This document shows, piece by piece, positions 46,380 to 59,614 of a stretch of 64,000 nucleotides of DNA. Both the position numbers and the translations under genes were made by a program. The notes under the pieces are model-generated. The model was not told where the DNA came from, ran no database searches, and worked only from the letters and a program-made list of their open reading frames with translations. Origin of the DNA: Candidatus Aenigmatarchaeota archaeon (GTDB lineage Archaea; Aenigmatarchaeota; Aenigmatarchaeia; GW2011-AR5); the NCBI GenBank assembly GCA_016184005.1, contig JACPDL010000004.1, positions 14,107 through 78,106 on the forward strand, written 5' to 3'. Within the stretch, counting starts at the first letter, position 1. Every line of letters starts with the position of its first letter.

Positions 46380-46515
46380 AATATATACGATTTTCTCTTG
46401 GGAGAAGCGAAGCTTCTCCGAGATCTTCGGAGAAACTCCGTCTCTCCGAGATTCCGAAATCCTTTGGATTTCGAGAATTCCAAAAAGCTATGCTTTTTGA
46501 GAATTTAGCAGGTTA
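46380..46515. repeat. HPR hairpin-module cluster
   Basis: TTGGGAGAAGCGAAGCTTCTCCGAG, CCGAAATCCTTTGGATTTCGAG and CCAAAAAGCTATGCTTTTTGAG, the same modules as at 38100-38290. Confidence 0.55.
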
Positions 46516-46539
46516 TATATTCTTTAACCTACTTTATGC

Positions 46540-46735
46540 AGAAATCATATCTTCTTAATATACCACCGACTAAAGTCGGTGGTTTGTGAGAAGATGTGAT
46601 CCCAGAGACATTGTGTTTCATCTGCTGTCTAATCCTAAATCAAGCAAAGCTTGATTTGAATTTCTCAAAGGATTTTGAAGAAATCCTTTGCAGAAAAGAC
46701 AGCAGTTTTCAATGTCTCTGAGGATAATTAGAGTA
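46540..46735. repeat. CSL-family element carrying inserted HPR modules, abutting the 23S 3' end
   Basis: ACCGACTAAAGTCGGTGG, then outer stem CCCAGAGACATTG...CAATGTCTCTGAGGATAA enclosing HPR hairpins. The outer stem covaries relative to the other copies. Confidence 0.55.
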
Positions 46736-47136
46736 AAGCAGAATTCACAGGTCCGGAGGCCAAGAATATATCTTGGATCGCAAAGCCGCAACTGTGCGAT
46801 TTTAAAGGCTAGCATTGGCTTAGGAGAGCATGAGCTGAACATCTCGCTTGCGCTTGATGCGTACACCCTGCTTCCATATCTGGTCGTCTTCCAGCGCCGA
46901 TTGCCTCTTTTCGAGAGTGGCTTGGGGCTTAGATGCCTTCAGCCCTTATCCACATGGGGCGTGGCTACCCGGCGATGCCTTGTCAGACAACCGGTACACT
47001 AGAGGCCCCGAAAGGATGTTCCTTTCGTACTTATCCTTCCTTTCTCTCAGGCAAAAACACCTCCAGCAGATATAGACCAAACTGGCTATGGTGCCAATTC
47101 TGCAAGATAATTAAAGCTAAGTTCAACTGAACTAAG

Positions 47137-47793
47137 CTAAAGCATAACATCAGAACTCACAGAAACGGTCACACCGTTCTGAATTGCTGAAGAATCAGGA
47201 ATCCATTTTTTTATCAGAATATCAAATTTTCTCTGTTTTTCTGGGTGTGGAATTTGTATTGTTTTATAGAATTTCAATACATCTTCCTTTCTACCTATTC
47301 TTAAGATAAACTCGGTTTTGTTTTTTTCTAGAAAACATGTTGATTCTATATCCATTTCTCTTAGAACGTCTTTAAACCACATTATCATTTCTTGGTTTTT
47401 TGACCAGATTTCTACTTTTGCTCTCATTCTATCATGAGTAACGCTTCCATCGCCAGCTATCCATCCACACAAATAATCTTTTCGATTTTTTATGGAAAAT
47501 AGTTGAGGTGGTTTAATTGTTTTTGATTTTGCGCCCGCTGGAATGTTATATTGCTCCACAAGCGTTTTCCATAAATCTCGTGAAGCTACGCGAACTACAT
47601 ACTTACCATCACTAAAACCTGATGAAATAAAAGAAATCTTTGGTGTCTTTTTTGTATTTGCAATAAACAGAGGAATTACAATTCTTTCTAGAAATTCTAA
47701 ATCTTTGTTTATTACATAAACTGAATAGCCACCTAATTTTTGTATGTGACCGTCACTTCCAACTATTCCAGCTAGCAAATCTAAATCAGACAT
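47137..47793 (-). CDS. LAGLIDADG homing endonuclease (double-motif) encoded in a 23S rRNA intron (intron about 47118-47835)
   Basis: LLAGIVGSDGHI and LCGWIAGDGSV motifs about 100 aa apart. The flanking exons join as ...AGCTGGGCAAGAATCAGG / CCAGTTTGGTC, corresponding to the E. coli 23S region around position 2593. Confidence 0.8.
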   Translation of the reverse strand: MSDLDLLAGIVGSDGHIQKLGGYSVYVINKDLEFLERIVIPLFIANTKKTPKISFISSGFSDGKYVVRVASRDLWKTLVEQYNIPAGAKSKTIKPPQLFSIKNRKDYLCGWIAGDGSVTHDRMRAKVEIWSKNQEMIMWFKDVLREMDIESTCFLEKNKTEFILRIGRKEDVLKFYKTIQIPHPEKQRKFDILIKKWIPDSSAIQNGVTVSVSSDVML

Positions 47794-49039
47794 GTCTAAC
47801 TTTTATTAGTTTGTTTTATACTGATTTCTATATTGCGTTAGATAGTATATAGATATCCTGATTCTTGCCCAGCTAACGTGCCCTTTTAATCTGTGAACTC
47901 CAGCACCCTTGGCTGCTGCTGCACAGCCAGGAGAGGACGAGCCGACAGCGACGCCGCAACGCACGGGGTCGATTTGTTCTCCGCATTGCATGGAATAAGC
48001 GTAGTAACGCCAATTTCATTGCTAGGTAAATCAACACTTATCCTGATACTAACGCCAATTTTCATTGTAAGCTTTTTGCTTAACTCTATCGGTTGAGGGT
48101 ATCAGGATTCGCCTAATCAGCCTGAGCACATCTGAGCTCTTCGTTTGGCTAAAACTGCTAAGGCAAAGATAGCTCTGAATAAGTTTTGATTAAGCTAACT
48201 TTGACTTCCAATTAAAGAGTCAGACTTTCAGGCCTGCGGATAAGAACTCTCACCCGCCACGACACCATTATCCCCGAGGTAGCTTTTCTCATGTCACAGT
48301 CAGCCATCTAGGCCAAACTGCGTATCGCTAACTCACGCTTTCACGGTTGGACACCATTATGTTAGGAGTCCAATCAATGCAGCTTTTGCGTTTGCACTCT
48401 ACCCGCGATTTCTGACCGCGGTGAGCTGCACTTTGAGGGCCTTTGATATAACCTCGAGCATCGCAAGGGATTATACATGCTATGCTTGATACAATTTCAA
48501 AGGCGTACCGCCCCAGTCAAACTATCCACCTGCTGCTGTCACGCTTTCGCGTTAAGCAGTAGAGTCAAAAAAGGGTAGTGTTACATTGTCGCCGAAGCTC
48601 CTACCTACACTATACAATCCCAACTCAACCACAACAACAAGCTATAGTAAAGCTCTACGGGGTCTACTCTTCCCACTGGAGGTCTCTGGCCTAATCACCA
48701 GAACAATAGTTTCGCCGAGTTCCAGTTCGGGACAGCACCCATCTGGTTAATCTATCATGCAGGCCAACTGTTACAGCCTTTTCCTCATAATATGCTTTCT
48801 TTTTCCCAAGGGTTTCTCTTTGCGAAAGAAAAAGGCTTATTTAATTGGCAAGGGATTTAACGAATCCTCTAACATGACGTTTTTAGTCGTGATAGGATTT
48901 TACGCTACCTTAAGACCCTCAGAGTTAGGGCCGGCCTACAGCGGGGCTTCGACCGGTTGAAACCAGTTTTAACACACCGCTAGTGGCCACGACTCGCTGG
49001 CTATACTAAGCCTTTCGGCTTTGCAGCCAGCTATGTTTG

Positions 49040-49591
49040 TTAACTCCGAAGAATAGGTTTCCTTATCTTGATTCCACGGACGCTTTTCCTGAAAATTTCT
49101 ATAGATTTCGCTCTGTATATCTGAACTCCAAATATTTTGCCGAATCTATAGATTTTGCAGGTCAAACCTTGCTTGCTAAGGAACTCTGAAATTGCTTCCA
49201 GAAGCTTGAGGTGGCTGTTATAGATTACAATTCTGTCTGTAACAGTCCCTTCTGCGTCAAAAAATCCTGAAATGAAATCCCATTTATCTTTATCCTGTAG
49301 ATTATCAAAAAACTCTACAGGATTTTCTCTTAGGATCTCGAATTCTTTGTACAAATTTTTGGAATAAACTAATGATCTAGTCTTATCCAAAAATCCGTAC
49401 TGATGAACTCGTAATTCCATTTCTCTGAATTTTTTAGACGCTTCTTCGGCAATTTCCTTATTTCTGTTGCACTGATCTATCCATACTGCGAACGCACGAT
49501 TCTTTCCGTGATTCATCGTACCGTCGCCGTACAGCAGACCTGCAAGGTAAGCATCCATCAAGAATTTACATGCTGCGTGGCACATAAACAT
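49040..49591 (-). CDS. LAGLIDADG homing endonuclease (double-motif) encoded in a second 23S rRNA intron (intron about 49030-49615)
   Basis: LAGLLYGDGT and ISGFFDAEGTV motifs. The ORF begins right after the exon sequence GGACTGTTTAACAAAC (the conserved GACUGUUUAAUAAAAACA region). Confidence 0.8.
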   Translation of the reverse strand: MFMCHAACKFLMDAYLAGLLYGDGTMNHGKNRAFAVWIDQCNRNKEIAEEASKKFREMELRVHQYGFLDKTRSLVYSKNLYKEFEILRENPVEFFDNLQDKDKWDFISGFFDAEGTVTDRIVIYNSHLKLLEAISEFLSKQGLTCKIYRFGKIFGVQIYRAKSIEIFRKSVRGIKIRKPILRS

Positions 49592-52500
49592 TTCTGTTTT
49601 CTACTCTTCAGGTTTGTTAAACAGTCCGATGGATCTTGTCACTGCGACCTGCCCATCACTGAGCAGGCACGTCATATACCTAAGATACGACGCTAATTTG
49701 CCGAGTTCCCTAAACTGGATTATCTCGAACACCTTCGCCTTCTCGGCGAGGGGCACCTGTTTCCCGAATCCTTTCCGTAAACGCTTTTCGCGTGAGTCGG
49801 AAAGGGTTTGTCGGTTCTGAGTACGAGCGTTCAATGTCATAACATACCAGGATTTTCAAGGGCTCCAGGAATTATCCAAAGCCGCCATACGGCAGCCTTA
49901 TCGCGCCTTCCCAAAGTTCTCGTCATGATGACACTCCCTTTGGTTGAGCGTTTAAACATAGCGACAACCATGTTCGGACTATCCCGAAGCGTCTCCGGTA
50001 TGGTAAACATAGAGCGGTTCGGGAATATTAACCCGATCTCCATTCGCGCACTTCTTCTTAAGGGTGCACTTAGGCTCGACTTACCCCCAGCAGATAAACT
50101 TTACTGGGGAACCCTTGCCCCTTAGGTGGACGAGATTCTCACTCGTCTGAATTGCTACTCCCGGCAGGATCTTCATTGCTGCTAGGTCCACACCCGCTTA
50201 CGCGGACGCTTCTGCCCTCGCAGCACGCCTCCCTACCACATGCAGTTTGCTGCATGTCATTTGTATCGGCAAGGGACTTAGCCCCGTCCATTTTCCCCGC
50301 CCTGAAGCTCGGTGGGTCCGCTATATCGCGAGAAGCCCCTTCTCTTGTAAGAGAAAGGCCCTTGGGTTCAAAGAGAACTTTTACTCGCTTCGCTCGAATA
50401 TTATATTTTGTAATAATGCGAACACAGCGAGCCCATTAGTTTTCTTTTCCCAAGGTCTTTTCTTTTCTGCAGAAGACGAACGTCTTCTGCAGAAATCCAA
50501 GAAGCTTTTGCTTCTTAGGATTTGCAAAAAGAAAAGCCTTCTTTACGCGTTGTTTGAAGGGTGGCTGCTTCTAAGCCTACCTTCCCACTGTCTGAGCTTC
50601 AAGACCAAGTTCGATACACTTAGTCCCTATTTAGGGGCCTTAACAAATGTCTCGGTTGTTTCCGTCTCGGATGCCAAACTTACTCCAGGCACCCTCACTC
50701 CCGCCTGCGCAACAGCAGATTTGGAGTTTGACAAGGTGGTTGGACCTCTCGGCCCTTAGCCATCTAATCAGTGCTCTACCCTGCTGTCAGCCATAGGCGA
50801 GGCTGCACTTAGATGCATTTCGGGAGGAACCAGCTATCACCAGACTCGATTGGCTTTTCACCCCTAACCCCAGGTCACCCGACAAGTTTGGACTATGTTC
50901 GGTATCAGGCCTCCATTTCGCTTTCGCGAAACTTCACCTTGCCCAGGGCTAGATCGTCTGGTTTCGGGTCTCAATCCCGTGACTAATCGCGCGTTAACAC
51001 GACGAACCTTGTTGCCTGCGTTCTATCGCTTTCGCTTCGCATTTCTGCTCGCCACGAGAATGAACTCCCTGCCCCGTTTTTCGAAACGGACGACGGAATC
51101 ATCTGCTCTTGCGAGCAGCGTTACCCGTCTAACTATAGGTACCTGGTTTCAGGCTCTTTTTATTGGGTGTTACCCCTTCTTTTCAGCTTTCCGTCACCGT
51201 ACTACTGCGCTATCGGTTTCAGGCAGTATTTAGGATTGGATCTAGATGAGACCCGTATTCCTGCTCCTAATTCAAGAAACAGTACTCTGGATACTCGCCA
51301 TTCACCTTCTCAACTTCGGATACGCGGCTGTCACGCTTTGGCGCGCTGCTTATGCTGAAACTTTTCAGAAGTTTTTGATCAAACTTTTTCTAAAAAGTTT
51401 ATCCAGCAGACTTCTCCTCGTTGAATGAGGCAAGACACGAGTCCAAACACCACATTGCTTTGTCTTTTCAGCAAAGCTTCGGTTTGTCCTTTGCTGCTTT
51501 CACTCGCCGTTACTAACAGCATCGCAATTGCTTTCTTTTCCTGGCCGTAATAAGATGTTTCAATTCTGGCCGTTCGCCCTCCCTTGCGGGAGTATACAGG
51601 ATGTCCCATTCGGCAATTCTCGGTTCGAAGACTGCATGCGTCTCGCCGAGACTTTTGGCAGCTTACCACCGCCTTCGTCGCCACCTGAACCAAGCCATCC
51701 ACCAAATACCATGGGAGCTAGCTATCTTTACCTCCGGACCTGTGACCGCTTCATATGTTTTTGAAAAGGAAAACGCTAAAAGCGTATTCCATTTGCTCTG
51801 CGCTTAACCCAGCAAATTTCTTCGTGGGCCGCAATCATACTAGATGATTATGAAATTACCAGATATTTTTGAACGATCAAAGCTTCATTCGACATTATTC
51901 ACATCTTGTTAACACTGTTCAGAATTAGACAGAGAGAAAGCATAGATACGTTCTTGATTTTGCCATATGCCATCTACCTGCTGCAAACTTCGTCTTTTGC
52001 CACAAAGACCAAAGCCACTCTGAACAGCTTTCGGTAGTTCAACTTTATTGTAGAAATGCAGGATTTCTGACCCTGCGTAACCAGAAGTAATGTATAAAAA
52101 TATAAAAAGGTTTGGGTGGGCTCAATAAACAAGTTCTGGATGATCTTTGCGCAAAAAACATCTTATAGCTGGAACAAGTTGCATAACTACTGCGTCATCT
52201 TGTTTACGAGCAAAGACATCGTAATGAAATTCTCCATGAGTTACTGTACGAAGATATGTTAATTCTGGGTTTAACGCACCCTTGCGCTCATTTTGAGAAT
52301 GAACGAATTCTTCTGCCGTGAATGGTCACTAATTAATCTATTGTCCAGAACCCCTTTATTAATTTTCAAAGTATGAAGAAACACGCAAATTTAAAATCAG
52401 AGTTCATACAATTAAGATTCAAGCGGGGGTTCCCTAGCCTGGTCAACAAATCCCTTTCTTTAAAGAAAGGTCTTTGTATGTCCCAAAGAACATTTGGGAT

Positions 52501-52753
52501 ATTAATTTGACTATTGGGGCAAGGTTGAGGGCCTTGTGACTTAGTGTCTACGAGAGTTCAAAGAAGCCCTTTTTCCTAATGAAATGACGTACCATAGGTA
52601 CGTCTTGGTGTTTGAAAAAGCGCTTGCGGAAAAAGAATTAAGAAGAATGAGAAAGGGTTTGGAAATTCTCTCCCCCCGCATTTTTAATCCAAATGTTTGG
52701 TACGAAGTCAGGCTTAAATTAGTTTTTAGCTTTAATTAAAATTAAAGAGCGGG

Positions 52754-53071
52754 TTGATCCCTATGGAAAAGAAAAACAAAAATTTCAGTTTCTATTGGGA
52801 AGAAAATCATAAACAGGGCAAAACATCTGAGATAAACATAGAGCTTCCCGGATTCAACAAAAATGAAATTAATGTTTCTATAGAAAACGGTTTCATCAAT
52901 ATATCTGCAGAAAAGAAAAGCCATGAACAGGAAAAGGGAAAAAATTTCTATAGAGAAGAATTCTTTCAGCAAGCCCTCAGACGTTCTATATCATTGCCAG
53001 AAGGAGCAAACCCTAAAGGCCTTGAAATCAAAATAGGAAATGGCTCTGTAAACATTAGAAGAAAAGGCTGA
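52754..53071 (+). CDS. small Hsp20/alpha-crystallin-domain protein
   Basis: IELPGFNKNEINVSIENGFINISAEKK ... RSISLPEGANPKGLEIKIGNGSVNI follows the ACD beta-sandwich pattern. Confidence 0.55.
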   Translation: MIPMEKKNKNFSFYWEENHKQGKTSEINIELPGFNKNEINVSIENGFINISAEKKSHEQEKGKNFYREEFFQQALRRSISLPEGANPKGLEIKIGNGSVNIRRKG

Positions 53072-53102
53072 GATATATTCAAATACTTCTTTTTGCAATT
53101 AC

Positions 53103-53468
53103 ATGTTAATGGGTGGACAAAGAGAAAAAAGATTCTGGTACTTTACTGAATTGAAAGATACAGCAGAGTTGCGAGAATGCAGAAAAAAGTATTCTGCAGA
53201 AAGGCTGTTAAATCCGGACTTAACATTTCCACAATTTGCAGTTCAATATATGGGAAGACCAGTGCCAACTATAGCTGATGTGTTTACTCAATTGAAAAAG
53301 AAAGGTTATGATCCTCAAACGCCCCCAGTAAAAGATGGATCTGGTAAAGTGATTGCACAAGATATGTCGTCTGAATTATACCAAGCTGTTTCTTTCTGGG
53401 TCAGCAAACCAATTTCAGAAGAAGACTCTAAAGCAGTAACTGATCTCGGTTTTGAACTTTCCCAATAG
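53103..53468 (+). CDS. hypothetical protein
   Basis: 121-aa ORF between Hsp20 and the 16S rRNA; no family recognised. Confidence 0.35.
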   Translation: MLMGGQREKRFWYFTELKDTAELRECRKKYSAERLLNPDLTFPQFAVQYMGRPVPTIADVFTQLKKKGYDPQTPPVKDGSGKVIAQDMSSELYQAVSFWVSKPISEEDSKAVTDLGFELSQ

Positions 53469-53791
53469 GGCCCCTTATTAACCTTTATATAACTTTCTCC
53501 GGTATTATAACTGTTTTTGATGTGAATTTTCATTTACATCATTGGGCGGTCAGGTTTGGCAAAACTTGTTTTCTAAACTTGGGTATGCCCATCTATCTCA
53601 ATATCATATTGATGTCTGCATCAAGGCGCGGTTTCAGATAAGGCTGTTTGCCATGCGTGAAGAAATCATTTTTCCAGATGCAGACAAGCGTGATTGCGTG
53701 ATGTTGTCATTATGCAAGATAGAAGCACGAAGAGACGCAACTCTATCATGAATAGAGGGACAGTAAATATATTAGTAGTGCTAACCTAACA

Positions 53792-56406
<2,615 letters not shown>

Positions 56407-56636
56407 TAAATTTTTTATATGCAAGGTCATGATAGGCGCCAAATCGCAGAAGCTGCGGCTTCTGTGTTTTTCCAGAAACCTTTTTCTGAGAAAATCTTCG
56501 TGCTTCTGTCAAAACTTGTCAAGGACCACCGTCTGAAGACGGTGGCATGCTGAAATTGGTGAATCCTTGAGCATCCCGCATTCCACCTTGAACCACTGTT
56601 TGAAAACAGTGGAATGCAAGATTTCCAAGAAGGTAT

Positions 56637-56828
56637 ATGATGTTCCAATGCATCAAATGTAAATGTGATCTCGATATACTATCGACTGCAAAATTCTCAA
56701 CAAAGAACTGCAATCTCCTTGGTGCTATGACTGTAGCAAACGTAGAATGCGGCAAATGCAATGCCCTGCAGCTTGTTTCAGTTGGTCACGGAATTCTTTT
56801 CAGCAAGGTTGAAGAAAAGAAGAAGTGA
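56637..56828 (+). CDS. hypothetical zinc-ribbon protein
   Basis: CIKCKC...ECGKCN cysteine pairs; 63 aa. Confidence 0.25.
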   Translation: MMFQCIKCKCDLDILSTAKFSTKNCNLLGAMTVANVECGKCNALQLVSVGHGILFSKVEEKKK

Positions 56829-57124
56829 ACATACGTAATTTTCTCGTGGTGCTCAGAAATTACTTGCTTCTGGCTTAAAAGATTTTGTGTCTTATTTTTA
56901 TTATGAAGTCTGTTATATTTCTAACTGTGCTGGTTGGAATGTTATTGCTGTTGGCTATTCCGGCCCATGCACTGTTCAGGACAAACGTTGATGTTTCATA
57001 TGGCATATTCAAGCCGAAGGTTTTCAGCGGCGGTCTTGGTATAAGTGTTTTTCACAGAAGCTTCGCACCCCAGTTTTCTGGTGGTGGAATGTTTTCTTTT
57101 AGATTACGTTTTGTAGATCCGTAG

Positions 57125-57688
57125 CTAATTCTTTTTGTATTTTTCTACAAGCCTGCTTATTCTTTCTCTAACAGCTTCAGACGGTTTTTGCATCTGCACG
57201 CCGAGGTGCCAGTATTTGCCTCTGTGATAAATAAGTGGTTTCTTTTCGTTGGCTGAAGCTTCAAGAGCTTCACCTACGATCATTGTATGGTCGCCTAGTT
57301 TTTCCATTTTCAGGAGTTTGCATTCAATATTCAGCACAGCCCCTTTCACCATGAGGGCATCTATTTTTTTGCCTTTGTAGAATTCAGTTCCTAATTCCTT
57401 AAGCACCTTTATTTTGTCGACGTCTTTTCCGCTGCTGCCGCCGGATATGCTAGCAGCAACATCCTGGTCAAAAGCAGCTAGACTGACACCAAATTGTTTT
57501 GTGTTTGTGATATTAGCTTCCGTAGCTTTGTTGAAGCCGACGTTGACCATTATAAGACCCGGAGAATAAGATACCTGATGCGTCCATTCGGCTGCCATGA
57601 TGTTGTAGCCGTACGGTCCATTGCTCGTTATCAATCCTACGTTTGTTACAAACTTTGTCGTCTTCTCGTCTCCCCATGGCAGGTCCAT
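57125..57688 (-). CDS. flavin reductase-like (FMN-binding split-barrel) protein
   Basis: LITSNGPYGYNIMAAEWTHQVSYSPGLIMVNVG matches the flavin reductase/DIM6 domain. Confidence 0.7.
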   Translation of the reverse strand: MDLPWGDEKTTKFVTNVGLITSNGPYGYNIMAAEWTHQVSYSPGLIMVNVGFNKATEANITNTKQFGVSLAAFDQDVAASISGGSSGKDVDKIKVLKELGTEFYKGKKIDALMVKGAVLNIECKLLKMEKLGDHTMIVGEALEASANEKKPLIYHRGKYWHLGVQMQKPSEAVRERISRLVEKYKKN

Positions 57689-57746
57689 ATAATCACCTAT
57701 TCACAAAAATCAACGGAAAAATAAAATGAAAAATTAAAAGCAGTTT

Positions 57747-58013
57747 TTATTCTTCTAGAGCATCTTTGAGCTTTTCTCTTATTTCACCGCTTTTTGCATC
57801 TGCTTCCTGCGCTCTTTTCATCTTATTTCTTGAAGCTTCTACAAGAAGTTCTGCTATTTTCTCGAGTTTTTCTCCTTCTTGCTGCTCTATTTTCTGCTTT
57901 ATCTTCTCAAAGAGGACTTCTTTGTGTGCCCAGAAAGTCATCTGCATCAGTCTGTGCTCCATCAAATCGTACATGTCCTCTTTATCGCAGTTTTCTATGC
58001 ATATAGAGTCCAT
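57747..58013 (-). CDS. hypothetical helical protein
   Basis: 88-aa ORF; no family recognised. Confidence 0.3.
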   Translation of the reverse strand: MDSICIENCDKEDMYDLMEHRLMQMTFWAHKEVLFEKIKQKIEQQEGEKLEKIAELLVEASRNKMKRAQEADAKSGEIREKLKDALEE

Positions 58014-58115
58014 TGTTATTACCTCCGCTGTTGTTATTTATCCCATATAGGATATCCTATACATGGCTCGCTCAAGTATTTAAATATATAGGATGCCCAA
58101 TATATTGTAGTTAAT

Positions 58116-58445
58116 ATGAAGCGTAAATATGGTTGCGACATGCGGGGAATGCTGTCTTTCCACATTTTGTGGCTGCTTTCCAAGAAGCCTATGCATGGCG
58201 AGCAGCTTGCTGAAGAAATAGGAAACCGCCGCGGCGAGAAACCTAAGCCTGGCACCATTTATCCTGCACTGAAAGACCTCAAGGAAAAGCGCCTAATTAA
58301 GGGTGAGAAAAAGGGTAAAACAGTCGTATACTCAATCACGCCCGAAGGGCGGAAAACCGTCAGATATGCGCGCGATTATTTCTGCCGCGCCTTCGAAGAC
58401 ATCTTCGAACACTACAAGAAGATTAAGCCTTGGACAGAACATTAG
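58116..58445 (+). CDS. PadR-family transcriptional regulator
   Basis: LSFHILWLLSKKPMHGEQLAEEI...GTIYPALKDLKEKRLIKGE wHTH of PadR. Confidence 0.75.
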   Translation: MKRKYGCDMRGMLSFHILWLLSKKPMHGEQLAEEIGNRRGEKPKPGTIYPALKDLKEKRLIKGEKKGKTVVYSITPEGRKTVRYARDYFCRAFEDIFEHYKKIKPWTEH

Positions 58446-59251
58446 TCTATCTCGTTCGGATTCCAGCACGTTCTGTAATCCTCATTAAGCTCGTCCAGAA
58501 CCTTCATGTCTCCTTCAGACAGCCTGAAATCGAAGATGTCTGCGTTCTCTAATATCCTTTCCCTGCTTCTGGATTTAGGTATTATTACAATATCCTTTTG
58601 CAGCGCCCACCGGAGAATTATCTGTGCCGGGGATTTCTTGTTCTTTGTGGCAACTGCTGCTAATTCTAAATCACCAAGCTTTCGCCCTCTTGTCAGCGGG
58701 CTGTAGGCTTCGAGTCCTATGCCTTTTGACTTGCAGAACTCAAGAAGTTCTTTTTGATAAAGGAAAGGCGAGAATTCCACCTGGTTCACAGCCGGCATGA
58801 TCTTTGCTGTTTTCATTAGCTCTGTAAGATGTTTTATAGTGAAGTTGCTGACTCCTATAGACTTGCATTTTCCATCTTTTAGAAACTGCTCAAGTTTCTT
58901 CCACGTCTCATTTCTTTGCTTTGCAGGCCAATGAATAAGATAAAGATCAACATAACCCATCCCGAGCTTTTGCAGGCTGGATTCCAGTGCCTTTTCGGGA
59001 TTCTTGTGGTCGGAGTTCCACAGCTTCGTTGTAACAAATATTTCTTCGCGCGGAACCTTGCTTTTTTTGATTGCGCTGCCCACTTCTTTCTCGTTGCCGT
59101 AGATAGAAGCAGTATCGATGTGCCTGTAGCCGGCTTCAAGGGCCCACAACACAGACTGTTCGGCGTTTTTGCCGGTGAGTTCCCAAGTGCCCAAACCGAG
59201 GATAGGTATCTTGCTGCTATTGTTCAGTTTTATTGTGGTTTTTATGTCCAT
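58442..59251 (-). CDS. aldo/keto reductase (start likely MDIKTT, i.e. 59251 rather than the tracked 59371)
   Basis: IPILGLGTWELTG...GYRHIDTASIYGNEKEVG...LIHWP motifs of the AKR family. Confidence 0.8.
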   Translation of the reverse strand: MDIKTTIKLNNSSKIPILGLGTWELTGKNAEQSVLWALEAGYRHIDTASIYGNEKEVGSAIKKSKVPREEIFVTTKLWNSDHKNPEKALESSLQKLGMGYVDLYLIHWPAKQRNETWKKLEQFLKDGKCKSIGVSNFTIKHLTELMKTAKIMPAVNQVEFSPFLYQKELLEFCKSKGIGLEAYSPLTRGRKLGDLELAAVATKNKKSPAQIILRWALQKDIVIIPKSRSRERILENADIFDFRLSEGDMKVLDELNEDYRTCWNPNEID

Positions 59252-59307
59252 AGTGACCAACATCAGAAACAATTTATTTAAGCTCTCTACTAATATCTCT
59301 AAGTCTC

Positions 59308-59498
59308 GGGCCGGTAGATCAACACAAATCCCTTTCTTGAAAGAAAGGTCTTTGTAATGCTCAAAGAACATTCAAAGATATTAGGGATTTTGGGAGAAGG
59401 AAGATCGCTTGCTTTGCAATAACCTTTCTTAAAAAGAAAGGTTAATCAAAGAATAACTGAACAGCAAGAGGCTCTGGGTTCAAATCCCAGCCGGTCCA
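59308..59498 (+). tRNA. probable tRNA-Ala(UGC) with two introns (D-loop and canonical 37/38)
   Basis: Acceptor GGGCCGG (59308-14) pairs 7/7, with one G-U, to CCGGTCC (59491-97), followed by discriminator A. D-stem GATC (59317-20) pairs GATC (59403-06). Anticodon stem CTTGC (59408-12) / GCAAG (59464-68) with loop TTTGCAA. T-arm CTGGG-TTCAAAT-CCCAG (59474-90). Intron 1 is about 80 nt and carries HPR hairpins; intron 2 is about 44 nt and carries the CCTTTCTTAAAAAGAAAGG hairpin. Confidence 0.35.
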
Positions 59499-59614
59499 TA
59501 AGAGGATTTGAATCCTTGGGTTCATCCTCAAATAATCAGAGGTTATTTGGGAGCTCAAAGAGCTCCGCTCTTTGCAGCAATCCCGGCAGGTCCATTGGAC
59601 TTTCCAGTTAATTC

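Larger units (their letters stand above)
46736..51715 (-). rRNA. rrl: 23S rRNA, about 5 kb because of two ORF-bearing introns plus several short insertions
   Basis: Reverse complement shows the 5' domain (GGTGGATGGCTTGG...CGACGAAGG, GAATGGGACATCC, GAAACATCTTA, GTAACGGCGAGTGAA), GGTTAATATTCCC, GGTAGCG..AAATCC, GATGTCGGCTCGTCC, and the sarcin-ricin region AGTACGAAAGGAAC. End coordinates are approximate. Confidence 0.8.

Noticed and set aside
49601-50125. Several 60-105-aa ORFs on both strands within 49.6-51.8 kb
   Set aside because: All lie within 23S rRNA exon sequence.
56420-56640. Possible 5S rRNA downstream of the 16S
   Set aside because: No match to the 5S helix I-loop A-loop C conserved motifs; the region instead contains two ACCG/CCAC-type hairpins resembling the CSL and HPR repeat families.
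59578-59610. RNase P RNA CR-I-like GGAAAGTCC on the minus strand
   Set aside because: Isolated 9-mer similarity only; no flanking P4 or CR-II/III context visible.
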